Source: Cyanophyceae cyanobacterium (lineage in GTDB: Bacteria > Cyanobacteriota > Cyanobacteriia > Cyanobacteriales > Laspinemataceae). Taken from it: a stretch of 64,000 bases of DNA. The position numbers and the translations under genes are program-made. The stretch is from NCBI GenBank assembly GCA_038321985.1, contig JBBQFN010000022.1:22441-86440 (forward strand), in the 5' to 3' direction. Below the pieces are notes generated by a model that saw only the letters and a program-made list of their open reading frames with translations, made no database searches and was not told the DNA's origin. Below are positions 52,055 through 62,723 of this stretch, piece by piece. The number at the start of each line of letters is the position of its first letter. Position 1 is the stretch's first letter.

Positions 52055-52831
52055 ATGTATGATAACATCTGTAAGTTCCTAGCGGAACATTTTAGCCTGG
52101 ATTTTGCCCGGTGGTTCGTGGGAAAAGCCATTGAGTTAACGGAACTCAGTCCCAGCGAACTTTCCTTAGAACCCATTCGTGCGGATTCCCTGATTTTACT
52201 GCAGTCGTCCGAATTAATTCTCCACCTAGAATTCCAAACTGATGCGGACCCCAAGATTCCCTTTCGGATGGCGGACTATCGTCTGAGGGTGTACCGACGC
52301 TTCCCGGACAAAGAAATGAGACAGGTGGTGATTTACCTCAGACCCACCGAGTCTCCCTTAGTCTATCAAAATCAGTTTAACTTGGATAAACTGCACCACG
52401 AGTTTGAGGTGATTCGTCTGTGGGAACAACCCACGGAACTGTTCTTAAACTCCCCGGGTTTACTCCCCTTTGCCGCCTTAACCCGTACCGATGATCCCCT
52501 TGCGGTGTTAACTCAAGTGGCGCAGTCTGTAGCACAAATCGAGGATCGAGAAGACCAGGCGAATATTGTTGCTGCTTCCTCGATTCTAGCTGGGTTAATA
52601 TTGAATCAAGAGTCTATTCAACGGATTTTAAGGAGGGACCTCATGCGGGAGTCATCCATGTATCAATCCATTTTAGAGGAAGGGTTAGAAAAGGGTATCG
52701 AACAAGGTCTTCAACAAGGGATCGCACAAGTTGCTGTGAATCTGTTCCGCAGTGGAATGCCAGTGGAACAAATTATCACCGTAACGGGGTTAACGCGGGA
52801 ACGACTTGAACAACTGACAACAGAGACCTAA
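52055..52831 (+). CDS. Rpn-family PD-(D/E)XK nuclease
   Basis: MYDNICKFLAE, EPIRADS, HLEFQT, RM.DY, MRESSMYQSI.EEG..EG repeats. Confidence 0.88.
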   Translation: MYDNICKFLAEHFSLDFARWFVGKAIELTELSPSELSLEPIRADSLILLQSSELILHLEFQTDADPKIPFRMADYRLRVYRRFPDKEMRQVVIYLRPTESPLVYQNQFNLDKLHHEFEVIRLWEQPTELFLNSPGLLPFAALTRTDDPLAVLTQVAQSVAQIEDREDQANIVAASSILAGLILNQESIQRILRRDLMRESSMYQSILEEGLEKGIEQGLQQGIAQVAVNLFRSGMPVEQIITVTGLTRERLEQLTTET

Positions 52832-52880
52832 AATAAAAGCAGTCGCCTTTTAGGGTTAAATTCTGTTGAGTTTTAACTGA

Positions 52881-52910
52881 TGTAGAGACGCGAAATTTCA
52901 CGTCTCTACA
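52881..52910. repeat. GTAG-type REP-like palindrome
   Basis: TGTAGAGACG...CGTCTCTACA. Confidence 0.7.
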
Positions 52911-52976
52911 GGGAGTTTTTGAAACTCCAGCGGATTATCGAATAATACTGTTATTTCTGTTGATTAATTCTTACCC

Positions 52977-53858
52977 ATGCCAAACATTCGCCGCCGTCCT
53001 CCGAATCCTGCTGTAGGCGTCAAGTCGATGCGCTATCAAATCCAGGTTCCTGATGCTGAACCCCAACATATTCTTGAAGAAATTGTTTGGCACAAAGAAA
53101 TAGAAGTGGATGCCTTGCGCGATCGCCAGCCTTTACTGGAGTTACAAAAACTCCTACCGGCAGTCCCGGCACCCAAGGATTTTCTGGCTGCCTTAGTCTC
53201 TGCCTCCAAAAAACCAGCAGCGATCGCCGAAATTAAAAAAGCCTCCCCTAGTAAAGGAGTGATTCGGGAAGACTTCGACCCTGTGGCGATCGCAAAATCT
53301 TATCAAAAAGCAGGTGCAGCTTGTCTCTCAGTCCTCACCGATAGTAAGTTTTTTCAGGGTAGCTTTGATTACCTGAAGGAAGTTCGCGCGGTGGTTGATT
53401 TACCCCTACTTTGTAAAGACTTTATCATCTATCCTTATCAGATTTATCTGGCCCGGGTTCATGGTGCGGATGCCGTGTTGTTGATTGCTGCAATCCTTTC
53501 CGATAAAGACTTACAGTATTTCATTAAAATTGCTAAAGGCTTAGGAGTTACTCCCCTCATCGAAGTTCATACCCTTGAAGAACTCGACCGAGTTTTAGCT
53601 TTAGAGGGAGTTACCTTAATCGGGATTAACAATCGCAACCTAGAAGATTTTACGGTAGATTTGGCAACCACCTGTGACCTACTCGAACAACGACGCGATC
53701 GCCTCCAAAATATCCTCATGGTCAGCGAATCCGGACTGCATACCCCCGATGACCTCCAACGGGTTGTCGATGCCGGTGCCCATGCGGTTCTGATTGGGGA
53801 AGCATTAATGAAACAACCGGACCCCGGGGAAGCCCTCGCCGCCATCTTCCCTGCTTAG
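52977..53858 (+). CDS. trpC: indole-3-glycerol phosphate synthase
   Basis: [42 protein letters not shown]. Confidence 0.97.
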   Translation: MPNIRRRPPNPAVGVKSMRYQIQVPDAEPQHILEEIVWHKEIEVDALRDRQPLLELQKLLPAVPAPKDFLAALVSASKKPAAIAEIKKASPSKGVIREDFDPVAIAKSYQKAGAACLSVLTDSKFFQGSFDYLKEVRAVVDLPLLCKDFIIYPYQIYLARVHGADAVLLIAAILSDKDLQYFIKIAKGLGVTPLIEVHTLEELDRVLALEGVTLIGINNRNLEDFTVDLATTCDLLEQRRDRLQNILMVSESGLHTPDDLQRVVDAGAHAVLIGEALMKQPDPGEALAAIFPA

Positions 53859-53975
53859 TAATCGATTCCCCAAGGCGATCGCCTTCGGACCACCAGGTTA
53901 TATAGTTAAAAAATGCACTGTCTGATTCCCTCGGGATTGGGCATCCATTAACGGGAGACAGCTTCGGCAGCAATT

Positions 53976-54239
53976 ATGGAACCCATTCCTCTTCCTTCCC
54001 CAATCCACTACGAACTCCTTCTGCAACTGTTGGAACGGCAAACACTTTATGCGGTTAACCAAAATCCCACAGCGCGGGACCAGGTTCAACAACTGATTGT
54101 GACCCTCAGAAAAGCCCAAAGCCAACAGAAGCAGTTAGAGTCCAAATTTCAGCGAGAAAATATGCCCGTAGAACATCGCTGGTCCCTCAACGAAGTGGCT
54201 GCTGCCAAGACTCCTGGTACTTCTGCTAATCCTGAATAA
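53976..54239 (+). CDS. DUF5340-like small cyanobacterial protein
   Basis: PLPSPIHYELLLQLLERQT, LIVTLRKA..QQKQLE, RWSLN. Confidence 0.75.
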   Translation: MEPIPLPSPIHYELLLQLLERQTLYAVNQNPTARDQVQQLIVTLRKAQSQQKQLESKFQRENMPVEHRWSLNEVAAAKTPGTSANPE

Positions 54240-54379
54240 AGTCTAGGATCTGATTCCAGTTTATAGAGTGCCTCAGATAACCCGAGTCATTGGTGTGATT
54301 AAAAAGTGAGCAGTTGGGCACATCTTACCTTGAGACAACTGACCCCAATTTTGCTCGGGTTTGAAATCTCTAAAAGGTC

Positions 54380-54408
54380 TTGCATCTAAACCAGTAACCC
54401 AGTAGAAT
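54380..54408 (+). promoter_or_regulatory. sigma70-type promoter
   Basis: TTGCAT-17 bp-TAGAAT. Confidence 0.65.
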
Positions 54409-54519
54409 CAAAGATTCGGGTGAAAGAGCATTCAGCAAAAGCACTCGCCGGTACAGAGCCTTACGGGAGGCCTCTGTTGGAACTCCTCACACTTATTGAA
54501 TTGCATTAGGACAGATTTA

Positions 54520-55668
54520 ATGGACGACAAGCTGATGCTAATGATTCCTGGCCCTACTCCGGTGCCAGAACAAGCATTGAGAGCCTTGGCAAAGCATCCC
54601 ATAGGCCACCGTAGCAAAGAATTTGAGGCAGTCATCGCCGAGGTGACGGAAAATTTGAAATGGCTGCACCAAACTCAAAGCGATGTCTTGATGCTTACGG
54701 CATCTGGGACGGGCGCAATGGAAGCGGGAATCATTAACTTCCTGAGTCCTGGCGATCGCGTCATTGTAGGCAGTAATGGTAAATTTGGCGAACGTTGGGC
54801 AGAAGTTGCCACAGCCTATAACCTTATCGTAGACCCCATCACCGCTGACTGGGGACAAGCCTTGGATCCAGAGCAATTCCGGCAAAAGCTGGAAGCGGAT
54901 ACCAACAAAGAAATTAAAGCGGTAATCGTCACCCATAGCGAAACTTCGACGGGGGTTATTAACGATTTAGAAGCCATCAATCGCCACGTTAAAGCTCATG
55001 GACAGGCTTTAATTATCGTTGATGCCGTCACCAGCTTAGGTGCAACGAATGTGCCAGTAGATGCCTGGGGCCTTGATGTCGTCGCCTCTGGGTCTCAAAA
55101 AGGCTTTATGATCCCTCCAGGATTGGGATTTGTCTCCGTCAGCGCCAAAGCGTGGGACGCTTACAAAACTGCCAAACTACCGAAATTTTATCTGGACTTG
55201 GGCAAATACAAGAAAGCCACGGATAAAAATAGCAGTCCATTTACCCCCCCAGTTAACCTAATTTTTGCCTTACAAGCCACCCTGCGGATGATGAAGCAGG
55301 AAGGTTTAGAAATTATCTTTAAGCGCCATGAACGGCAAATGAAGGCCACTCGTGCTGCTGCAACGGCAATGGGGTTAAAACTCTATGCTCCCGATAGTGC
55401 TGCTGCGCGATCGATTACCGCCATCGCCACGCCCGATGCTGAACAAATTCGGTCTATTGTCAAAAAACGGTTTGATATCGTGATGGCAGGGGGACAAGAT
55501 CACCTCAAAGGTCAAATCTTCCGCATTGGACACTTGGGATTTGTCAGCGATCGCGACATTCTCACCGCCATTGCCGCCCTAGAAGCTGTCTTGCAAGAGC
55601 TCGGCAAAGGTACAGCCCAAATTGGTGCCGGTGTCGCCGCCGCCGCCAAAATTCTAGGGGAATCATAG
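54520..55668 (+). CDS. class V PLP aminotransferase (serine/alanine--glyoxylate type)
   Basis: LMIPGPTPVP, SGTGAME, HSETSTG, VDAVTS, SGSQKG, FRIGHLG. Confidence 0.92.
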   Translation: MDDKLMLMIPGPTPVPEQALRALAKHPIGHRSKEFEAVIAEVTENLKWLHQTQSDVLMLTASGTGAMEAGIINFLSPGDRVIVGSNGKFGERWAEVATAYNLIVDPITADWGQALDPEQFRQKLEADTNKEIKAVIVTHSETSTGVINDLEAINRHVKAHGQALIIVDAVTSLGATNVPVDAWGLDVVASGSQKGFMIPPGLGFVSVSAKAWDAYKTAKLPKFYLDLGKYKKATDKNSSPFTPPVNLIFALQATLRMMKQEGLEIIFKRHERQMKATRAAATAMGLKLYAPDSAAARSITAIATPDAEQIRSIVKKRFDIVMAGGQDHLKGQIFRIGHLGFVSDRDILTAIAALEAVLQELGKGTAQIGAGVAAAAKILGES

Positions 55669-55681
55669 TCCCTTCTCGGAA

Positions 55682-55755
55682 ATCCCCCCTAACCTTAAAA
55701 AGGGGGGAAACGGAAGACTCCAAGTCCCCCTTTTTAAGGGGGATTTAGGGGGATC
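55682..55755. repeat. inverted pair of cyanobacterial CCCCC..TAAGGGGG dispersed repeats
   Basis: ATCCCCCTAACCTTAAAAAGGGGG ... CCCCCTTTTTAAGGGGGATTTAGGGGGAT. Confidence 0.65.
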
Positions 55756-55787
55756 TAATCGGGTTATGGGTTAGACCCGTTATTGAA

Positions 55788-56288
55788 TTATCCACATCCT
55801 AGAGACTCACGGGTATCAACCCCAGTTTTTGAATTCACCCCACTGGCAGTTTTACAGAGTTGCTTCACTTGCGCCCCATCTAAAATCGCATCGGTGAAAT
55901 CTGCCCCCGTAACCTTCATCTTTTTCACATTAGCACCGAGAAATAGCGCCTCTACCAATACCGCATCGGTAAAATCAGCATTCGTTAAATTTGTCCACTC
56001 CAGCATAGAATTGGTCAAATCTGCCCCATGAAAATTCGCTTCTTTCATCATGGACAGACTAAAAATTGCTCCCTCTGCCTGAACATTTGAGAAATTTGTA
56101 AATTGCAAATCAGCATTAGAAAACTCCGCCGTCCGTAAGAACTGCCCCGAAAAATCTTTCCCTGAAAGTTGGGCATTGCTATAAGAAAGCGGGGGCGGAT
56201 AGTATTTATACGCCTGCGCCAACGCGGGTAAGGGCATGAATAAAATAAGGATAGCTAAGACAGCAGCAGCCAAGTGTCGCAAGTTCAT
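55788..56288 (-). CDS. exported pentapeptide repeat protein
   Basis: Signal peptide, A(D/N)(L/F)xx repeats, LC..ASGVNSKTGVDTRESLGC end. Confidence 0.9.
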   Translation of the reverse strand: MNLRHLAAAVLAILILFMPLPALAQAYKYYPPPLSYSNAQLSGKDFSGQFLRTAEFSNADLQFTNFSNVQAEGAIFSLSMMKEANFHGADLTNSMLEWTNLTNADFTDAVLVEALFLGANVKKMKVTGADFTDAILDGAQVKQLCKTASGVNSKTGVDTRESLGCG

Positions 56289-56416
56289 AACGGGATTTGT
56301 CAACGTTCTTTTTACACTAACCCAGCAAGGTCTATAGCTCAGGTTACTCCATCTTGGGGCAGAACGGACCAAATTGTGAGTACAATTTGAGTTGCAGTGA
56401 CCCTGGAAACAGACGT

Positions 56417-56770
56417 ATGATTGGTTTTATCATCACTTGGTTGGTTTCAGCCATTTCTCTGCTGATTACCGCCTATCTTGTCCCCGGTATCTATGTCGCC
56501 GGTTTTTCCACCGCCGCCCTGGCTGCTATCCTGATGGGATTGATTAATGCCATTGTCAAACCCATTCTTGTGTTATTGACCTTACCTCTCACCGTGTTAA
56601 CCTTGGGGTTATTTTTGTTCGTAATCAATGGGATTACCCTCGCCCTGGTGGGATATCTCACCCCGGGATTTGATGTCAATGGATTTTTGCCCGCTATCAT
56701 TGGAGCAGTCGTGCTATCGTTAGTATCGAGTCTGATTGGGCATCTGGTTAAAGAGGGAACGAACGCTTAA
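56417..56770 (+). CDS. 4-TM holin-like membrane protein (YvlD/DUF360)
   Basis: GLINAIVKPIL.LLTLPL..LTLGLF.FVIN. Confidence 0.85.
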   Translation: MIGFIITWLVSAISLLITAYLVPGIYVAGFSTAALAAILMGLINAIVKPILVLLTLPLTVLTLGLFLFVINGITLALVGYLTPGFDVNGFLPAIIGAVVLSLVSSLIGHLVKEGTNA

Positions 56771-56860
56771 ATAAACGCCGACTCAATTTAACTAGAAACT
56801 GGTTCATAATAGCCCGCCTCAGCGGGCTTTGTGTTGAAAGGAAAGAGGAATAAGGATAAG

Positions 56861-57733
56861 ATGGAACCCGTTAAAATAGGGATTATTGGAGGTAGCGGAC
56901 TTTATGAAATGGAGGCCCTTGAAGATATCGAAGAAGTGCAGATAAATACCCCCTTTGGTTCCCCCTCAGATGCAGCGATTGTGGGGAATTTAGACGGAAT
57001 TCGCGTGGCATTTTTGGCCCGTCATGGTCGCCACCATACCCTAACCCCTTCGGAGCTCCCTTTTCGGGCGAATATCTATGCAATGAAGCAATTAGGGGTG
57101 GAGTATTTAATTTCTGCCTCTGCGGTGGGTTCTTTGAAAGAGAATGTAAAACCGCTGGATATGGTGGTTCCCGATCAGTTTATCGATCGCACTCAACATC
57201 GGATTTCTACCTTTTTTGGAGAGGGAATTGTTGCCCACATTGGCTTTGGTGAACCAGTTTGCGATCGCCTCACCGAAATTCTGGGCGATGCAGTTGCCAG
57301 TTTAAACTTACCTGAAGTCAACCTCCATCGTGGCGGTACTTACATCTGCATGGAAGGGCCGGCTTTTTCAACCCAAGCTGAATCTAACCTCTATCGCAGT
57401 TGGGGTGCTAGTATCATTGGAATGACCAATTTAACTGAGGCAAAATTGGCGCGGGAAGCGGAAATTGCTTATGCGACCCTCGCCTTAGTTACTGATTATG
57501 ACTGTTGGCATCCCCTGCATGACAGTGTAACCGTAGAAATGATACTTAATAACCTGCACGCCAATGCCTCCAATGCACAGAAAGTAATTCGAGAAGTCGT
57601 GGGACAGTTAGGCAAAAATCCCCCGGAAAGTAAGGCTCATTCTGCCTTAAAATATGCAATTTTAACTCCGATGGAACGAGTGCCGCCGCGAGTAAAAGAT
57701 AAATTAAAAGCAATTTTGCATAAATATTTTTAA
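56861..57733 (+). CDS. mtnP: S-methyl-5'-thioadenosine phosphorylase
   Basis: [41 protein letters not shown]. Confidence 0.94.
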   Translation: MEPVKIGIIGGSGLYEMEALEDIEEVQINTPFGSPSDAAIVGNLDGIRVAFLARHGRHHTLTPSELPFRANIYAMKQLGVEYLISASAVGSLKENVKPLDMVVPDQFIDRTQHRISTFFGEGIVAHIGFGEPVCDRLTEILGDAVASLNLPEVNLHRGGTYICMEGPAFSTQAESNLYRSWGASIIGMTNLTEAKLAREAEIAYATLALVTDYDCWHPLHDSVTVEMILNNLHANASNAQKVIREVVGQLGKNPPESKAHSALKYAILTPMERVPPRVKDKLKAILHKYF

Positions 57734-57765
57734 GCGATTGATAGGTAGGGTGGTAAAGACTTACC

Positions 57766-58410
57766 CTACATGGAAAGAGTTGCGATTTCTCGGGTTAAGT
57801 TACTTCGGGCAATCGCCTCTAGTTCGTCAAAAATAACAGGAGTATAATAAAGGCGATCGCGCTTTAGGATCTTTTTCAAAAATTTCGTTCTACCCTGTCG
57901 ATACTCTTCCTCAGAAAATACCGCAAACTCTCGACGAATTCCTTGGGTATAAAACTTATATTCAGACGGGTTTTCCCCCAAAATAGCCCAATCTGCATCG
58001 AGAAAAATTTGAGTATCGATGTTATCCTCTCCCGCTTGATGGTATTTCGTACTCAGAATCATCTGGGTTGCCGCCACAAGAGTCGATGAGGGGATGTTTA
58101 ATGTGGGTAATACTTCTGCGGCATATTCCGCACTTTTTTCTTCATTATCCGAGGCAGTTGGGTCATAAATGGCGTCATGAAACCAAGTTGCTAGGTAAAT
58201 AGCCGTAAAATCCGTAGCTAGCCATTTCATTCGGTCTACGGTCCCTAACATTAATTGAATATGACCCAAGTTATGATAATATCTTTCAGGACCACAATAG
58301 GTACTGACTAAATTAAATAATATTTTTTTACCGAGTTTGCGATCGGCACAGAACTGTTCTAACAAAGCGTCCCAACCCAACTTTAGGCCCAATCCATCTA
58401 CATAACTCAT
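57766..58410 (-). CDS. HD-superfamily metal-dependent phosphohydrolase
   Basis: RYYHNLGHI, WFHDAIYDP..DNEEKSA, FLDAD. Confidence 0.87.
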   Translation of the reverse strand: MSYVDGLGLKLGWDALLEQFCADRKLGKKILFNLVSTYCGPERYYHNLGHIQLMLGTVDRMKWLATDFTAIYLATWFHDAIYDPTASDNEEKSAEYAAEVLPTLNIPSSTLVAATQMILSTKYHQAGEDNIDTQIFLDADWAILGENPSEYKFYTQGIRREFAVFSEEEYRQGRTKFLKKILKRDRLYYTPVIFDELEAIARSNLTREIATLSM

Positions 58411-58739
58411 GATGCACCCGATCGCCAAAAATAATCGTGTCAATAAAGGCACTTTCCTCGGTTGTAGCCTGGAAACACCCCCGGTGTCAAACTGGGAGGC
58501 AGCCCTTCCTGGGAGTTACCCCTTAAACAAAAAGATGGCAGTGGGATTTAAAACGGGAAAACTGGACAATTGCAAGGGTAGAGAGGCTATCCTCCTGTCC
58601 CTGTAGAGACGAAGGAAACTCTCTCAACTTCTTAAGGGCTTTGGTGCGATCGCCCTCGGGAAGTTGCCATAAAAACCCCGATTCACTTGTATGATATAGT
58701 ATATCTCTTATTAACTCTCTTATTGTAGTTTAGGCTACC

Positions 58740-59399
58740 ATGTGGAAAAAAGAACTTTGGCTGGAAACTCATTTCATTAATAATTTTTATCAAGGCCCTC
58801 TAGATAACTTAGTTTTCATTGATTTAGAATTTTTTCCAGTTTATGTAACCCAAACCAAAGTGCAGCAGCGCATTTTTGGGTACACCATTACTCGAATTTT
58901 AGAGTCCAATGATTTCCAGTATATTAAAATTCAATTAATAGAAAATCATCGAGAAGAAAAAAATCTCATCAAGGAAATTATTAGCGATTTTCAATTATTA
59001 GAGAGCAAAATATTTGTAGGATTTAATATTATCAATAGTGATTTATACTGTTTAACCAAGCGAATTAGGTCCCTGAGACTCAAGCCTGACATCCGTCCCC
59101 TGACTATTTTAGATTTATACGACCCCAAACAATCTCGATATCGGGGTGGATTAAATGGATTATTTGAATATCTAGACATTGAAATTGATAAACAAATCAA
59201 TGGACTTTATATTCGCCGCAATGCAAAACGGGTCCTTTCTCAAAAAGAAAACGCCAGCGAAATTATTAACAGAATTTATGAATATTGCCTAGAAGATGCG
59301 AAAAATTACTTTTATATTGTCTCCAATTGGAAACAAAAATTTCCCCCCTTAGACCCTAACACATTCCCTCAGTATGAGTTCAAGGTAAAGCGTTATTAA
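58740..59399 (+). CDS. RNase H-like / DEDD exonuclease-fold protein
   Basis: FIDLE, VGFN...D, LDL, YCLED acidic motifs. Confidence 0.65.
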   Translation: MWKKELWLETHFINNFYQGPLDNLVFIDLEFFPVYVTQTKVQQRIFGYTITRILESNDFQYIKIQLIENHREEKNLIKEIISDFQLLESKIFVGFNIINSDLYCLTKRIRSLRLKPDIRPLTILDLYDPKQSRYRGGLNGLFEYLDIEIDKQINGLYIRRNAKRVLSQKENASEIINRIYEYCLEDAKNYFYIVSNWKQKFPPLDPNTFPQYEFKVKRY

Positions 59400-59464
59400 C
59401 CCCCTTAAAAACTCAACCCGTCCTTGAGTGGTAAAGCGGGTTGAGGTTTCAAAGGAATAGACTC

Positions 59465-60940
59465 TTAAAAAGCCTCTACACCCTCAAACTTTTTACTTTT
59501 GAGGGCATTTGCCGCTTCCCCGCAGGTACGCGGCGTCGGAAACATCTTATCGGGATTTGCCAACCCTTTGGGATTAAACACTTGACGCACCCATTGCATT
59601 GTTTCTAAATCAATTTCACTAAACATTTCGTTCATGTAGCATTTTTTATCGGCCCCAATGCCATGTTCTCCCGTAAGACTCCCCCCGACTTTCACACAGA
59701 GTTTAAGAATTTCTCCCCCTAATTCTTCCACTTGTTCTAACGCGCCGGGAATGGCATTGTCATAAAGCACTAAAGGATGAAGATTACCATCTCCGGCATG
59801 AAATACATTCGCCACACGATAGCCATATTTTTTGCTGAGTCTTTCAATTTCATTTAAAACATAAGGCAATTGAGTCCGAGGAATTACCCCATCTTGCACA
59901 TAATAATCCGGGCTTAAATGTCCCGCTGCCGCAAATGCTGCCTTGCGCCCTTTCCACAATTTCAGGCGCGTTTCTAAATCATTAGCGGAGGTAATATTTC
60001 GCGCCCCATTTTGCTTGCAGAGTTCAGAAATTCGCCGTTTATTCTGGTCAACTTCTACTTGCAATCCATCGATTTCAACTAATAAAATGGCGGTAGCATC
60101 TCGGGGATAACATCCGGTTGCCACCACATCTTCAACGGCATTAATGCTAAGATTATCCATCATTTCCATCCCAGCCGGAATGATTCCAGCGCTGGTAATG
60201 GCAGAAACAGCCGCACCCGCGTCTTCCACGCTGATAAAATCAGCTAAAAGTACACAAATAGCTTCCGGGGTTTTCAGGATGCGAAGGGTGATTTCTGTTG
60301 CCACTCCTAATGTGCCTTCAGAACCGACGAATAAGCCAGTTAAATCATACCCGGGCATTTCTGCGAGTTCTCCTCCCACTTCCACAATGGAACCATCGGG
60401 AAGCACTAATTTTAACCCTAAAACATGATTAGTGGTGACCCCATATTTGAGGCAATGAACTCCCCCGGAATTTTCAGCAACATTGCCTCCAATCGAACAA
60501 ATAATTTGACTAGAAGGGTCCGGTGCATAATAAAATCCAGCCCCGCTTACCGTTTGGGTAACCCAATTATTAATCACCCCCGGTTGAACGACAACGCGCT
60601 GATTTTCTAGGTCAACTTTAAGGATTTTCCGCATTAAAGCAGTGACGATTAAGACACAGTTTTCAACGGGTAATGCGCCACCGGATAATCCAGTTCCTGC
60701 ACCTCGGGGTAACCAGGGGATGTTATGGCGATCGCAGATTTTAATGGCCTCAGAAACCTGTTCCGTAGTTCGGGGTAATACGACTAATGCAGGACGTTGG
60801 CGGTAACTGGTTAACCCATCACATTCATAAGTAAGTAGTTCTTCTTTTCGTCGCACTACCCCATCTTTACCGACGACCCGCTCAAATTCTTTAATAATCG
60901 GTTTCCAGTCACGTTCTTGTTGCTTTTTTTGGGCCAGCAT
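59465..60940 (-). CDS. glcD: glycolate dehydrogenase FAD-linked subunit
   Basis: RGAGTGLSGG, YAPDPSSQ, GVHCLKYG, GSEGTLG, HAGDGNLH, GEHGIG. Confidence 0.93.
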   Translation of the reverse strand: MLAQKKQQERDWKPIIKEFERVVGKDGVVRRKEELLTYECDGLTSYRQRPALVVLPRTTEQVSEAIKICDRHNIPWLPRGAGTGLSGGALPVENCVLIVTALMRKILKVDLENQRVVVQPGVINNWVTQTVSGAGFYYAPDPSSQIICSIGGNVAENSGGVHCLKYGVTTNHVLGLKLVLPDGSIVEVGGELAEMPGYDLTGLFVGSEGTLGVATEITLRILKTPEAICVLLADFISVEDAGAAVSAITSAGIIPAGMEMMDNLSINAVEDVVATGCYPRDATAILLVEIDGLQVEVDQNKRRISELCKQNGARNITSANDLETRLKLWKGRKAAFAAAGHLSPDYYVQDGVIPRTQLPYVLNEIERLSKKYGYRVANVFHAGDGNLHPLVLYDNAIPGALEQVEELGGEILKLCVKVGGSLTGEHGIGADKKCYMNEMFSEIDLETMQWVRQVFNPKGLANPDKMFPTPRTCGEAANALKSKKFEGVEAF

Positions 60941-61027
60941 GGTAACAATTCCTTATCGGGGTTTGAATCAAGGTTCGAGGTTAAGTGGTCGGGGGATTTA
61001 GGCTAAGTAAAATAGCCGGTTATTCTG

Positions 61028-61753
61028 TTATCCAACGGGTTGCCAATCACGCCTCTGTGTAGAAGCCGCAGAATAGGGATTATCGGAGGAACTTGTCCAA
61101 CTGAGCACTTGAATTCCATTGCCAAAGGTTGCTTCTCCAACTGCTGTAGAAAGTTCAGAAATCGCTTGACATTCAGGATGGGCCGCTATAAAATCTTTTT
61201 GTGCTTGTTGTACTGTTTTCCAGTGACCATTGTTCACAATTACTAAGGCGCGATCGGCTAAAAAGTTTTTCATGAACAATAAACCAATCAATTGAGAGCG
61301 ATAGTCATAAGCACAATCATAAAAATAGACTCCAATTTTAGGAGTCGGTTGGCGATCGCGCAGATCCAACAAAAACCTCTCAAAATCTTGATTGTAAAAC
61401 TCCACCCGATCCAAAACATTAAATTGGGTTAAATTTTCAATCAAGGTTTCATAACTCTCGCTACTCTCATCCCATTCTGAAAAGTTATCTACCCCATAGG
61501 CTTGGCGATCGCCTTGATCCAGCAACGCACCAATTAAACTTGACCCTTGATATGTCCCAATTTCACAATAGATTTCCCCCGCTTCCAAACAAGACACCGC
61601 CAAATTGATTAACTGCATCAAATTGGCAGTTGTAGTCCCTTGTACCCGATCAAGAACCTGCTGAAACTTGTTAGAACAGGGTTGCACCGAAGATTCTCCC
61701 CAATTTTCATACTGGGTAGGAAGCATTTCAATAAACTTACGATAATCCATCAA
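61028..61753 (-). CDS. class I SAM-dependent methyltransferase
   Basis: YCEIGTYQGSS, GVDNFS, GVYFYD. Confidence 0.8.
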   Translation of the reverse strand: MMDYRKFIEMLPTQYENWGESSVQPCSNKFQQVLDRVQGTTTANLMQLINLAVSCLEAGEIYCEIGTYQGSSLIGALLDQGDRQAYGVDNFSEWDESSESYETLIENLTQFNVLDRVEFYNQDFERFLLDLRDRQPTPKIGVYFYDCAYDYRSQLIGLLFMKNFLADRALVIVNNGHWKTVQQAQKDFIAAHPECQAISELSTAVGEATFGNGIQVLSWTSSSDNPYSAASTQRRDWQPVG

Positions 61754-61933
61754 TTCACCTCGGATAATGTGGGGATTTATGTCCCTGGAACTCTGTTGCC
61801 TCTTTTTTATAATTTAACACGGCTTTTTGTCATTTAGTTACGGGTCATTAGTCCTCTGGCATAATTGGGAGGAACTCCCCCCAAACCCCTTACAAGGGAA
61901 AGTTTTTAGAAATCACCTCGAAATCCTTCCCCT

Positions 61934-62680
61934 TTACTGTGCTACATAGTTTTCAATTGCCTCTTTCCAAATTAAGTAAGCGTTGCCATTCAAATGTAAT
62001 CCGTCTAAGGTATAACGTTCATCAAGTTGTTGGCTTTCATCTACGAATTGAGAATGTAAATCAATATAAAAATAAGAAAAATTCTCGCTCAATCGTTGCA
62101 ATTTAGCATTGAAAGTTCTAATCATTTGATTACTAGGGGCGTTTTTAAATAAACTGGAGTTAATGGGTAAAACACTTTTAACATACACTTTTGTTTGAGG
62201 AGATTTATCTCGAATAGTACCTAAAATTTGTTGATAATTTCCTAAAATTTCCGAAATAGGTTTTCCCCGAGATAAATCATTAATTCCAACCATTATAAAA
62301 ATTTGTTGGGGTTGAGACCCTACAAGAGGATTTAACCGCTGTAAAACCCCCTCGGTGGTATCTCCAATAATTCCTCTATTCAAAACTTGCGGATTGTTTA
62401 AGATTTCCTGCCATTCACAGGAATCCGTTAAACTATCTCCCAAAAAAATAATTTTATCCCCAGTTTTGGGTAAAACATCAAACAAACTACTGCGGTGTTG
62501 ATAGTAAATATTAGCCCAAATTTTAGTAGTAGAAAGAGTTTTGGAAGGAAGGAAACCTAAAGTTTTTAATAAATAAGGAATCCCGCCTTTCTGATAAACA
62601 AAGGTTCCCGCTAGAATCAAGCCGATTAAATTTAAGGCTACAGACAGAATAAACGTTCGTTTAAACCGAGCAAATTTCAT
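61934..62680 (-). CDS. SGNH/GDSL hydrolase
   Basis: FLGDSLT, NRGI.G, GIND, DGLH. Confidence 0.92.
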   Translation of the reverse strand: MKFARFKRTFILSVALNLIGLILAGTFVYQKGGIPYLLKTLGFLPSKTLSTTKIWANIYYQHRSSLFDVLPKTGDKIIFLGDSLTDSCEWQEILNNPQVLNRGIIGDTTEGVLQRLNPLVGSQPQQIFIMVGINDLSRGKPISEILGNYQQILGTIRDKSPQTKVYVKSVLPINSSLFKNAPSNQMIRTFNAKLQRLSENFSYFYIDLHSQFVDESQQLDERYTLDGLHLNGNAYLIWKEAIENYVAQ

Positions 62681-62723
62681 AGGCTTTTAAATAAAAACCG
62701 TCCTGATTAGGGCTGGGGGATTG

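Noticed and set aside
56417..56770. Prophage signalled by a holin-like gene
   Set aside because: This family is common in chromosomes and all neighbours are housekeeping genes
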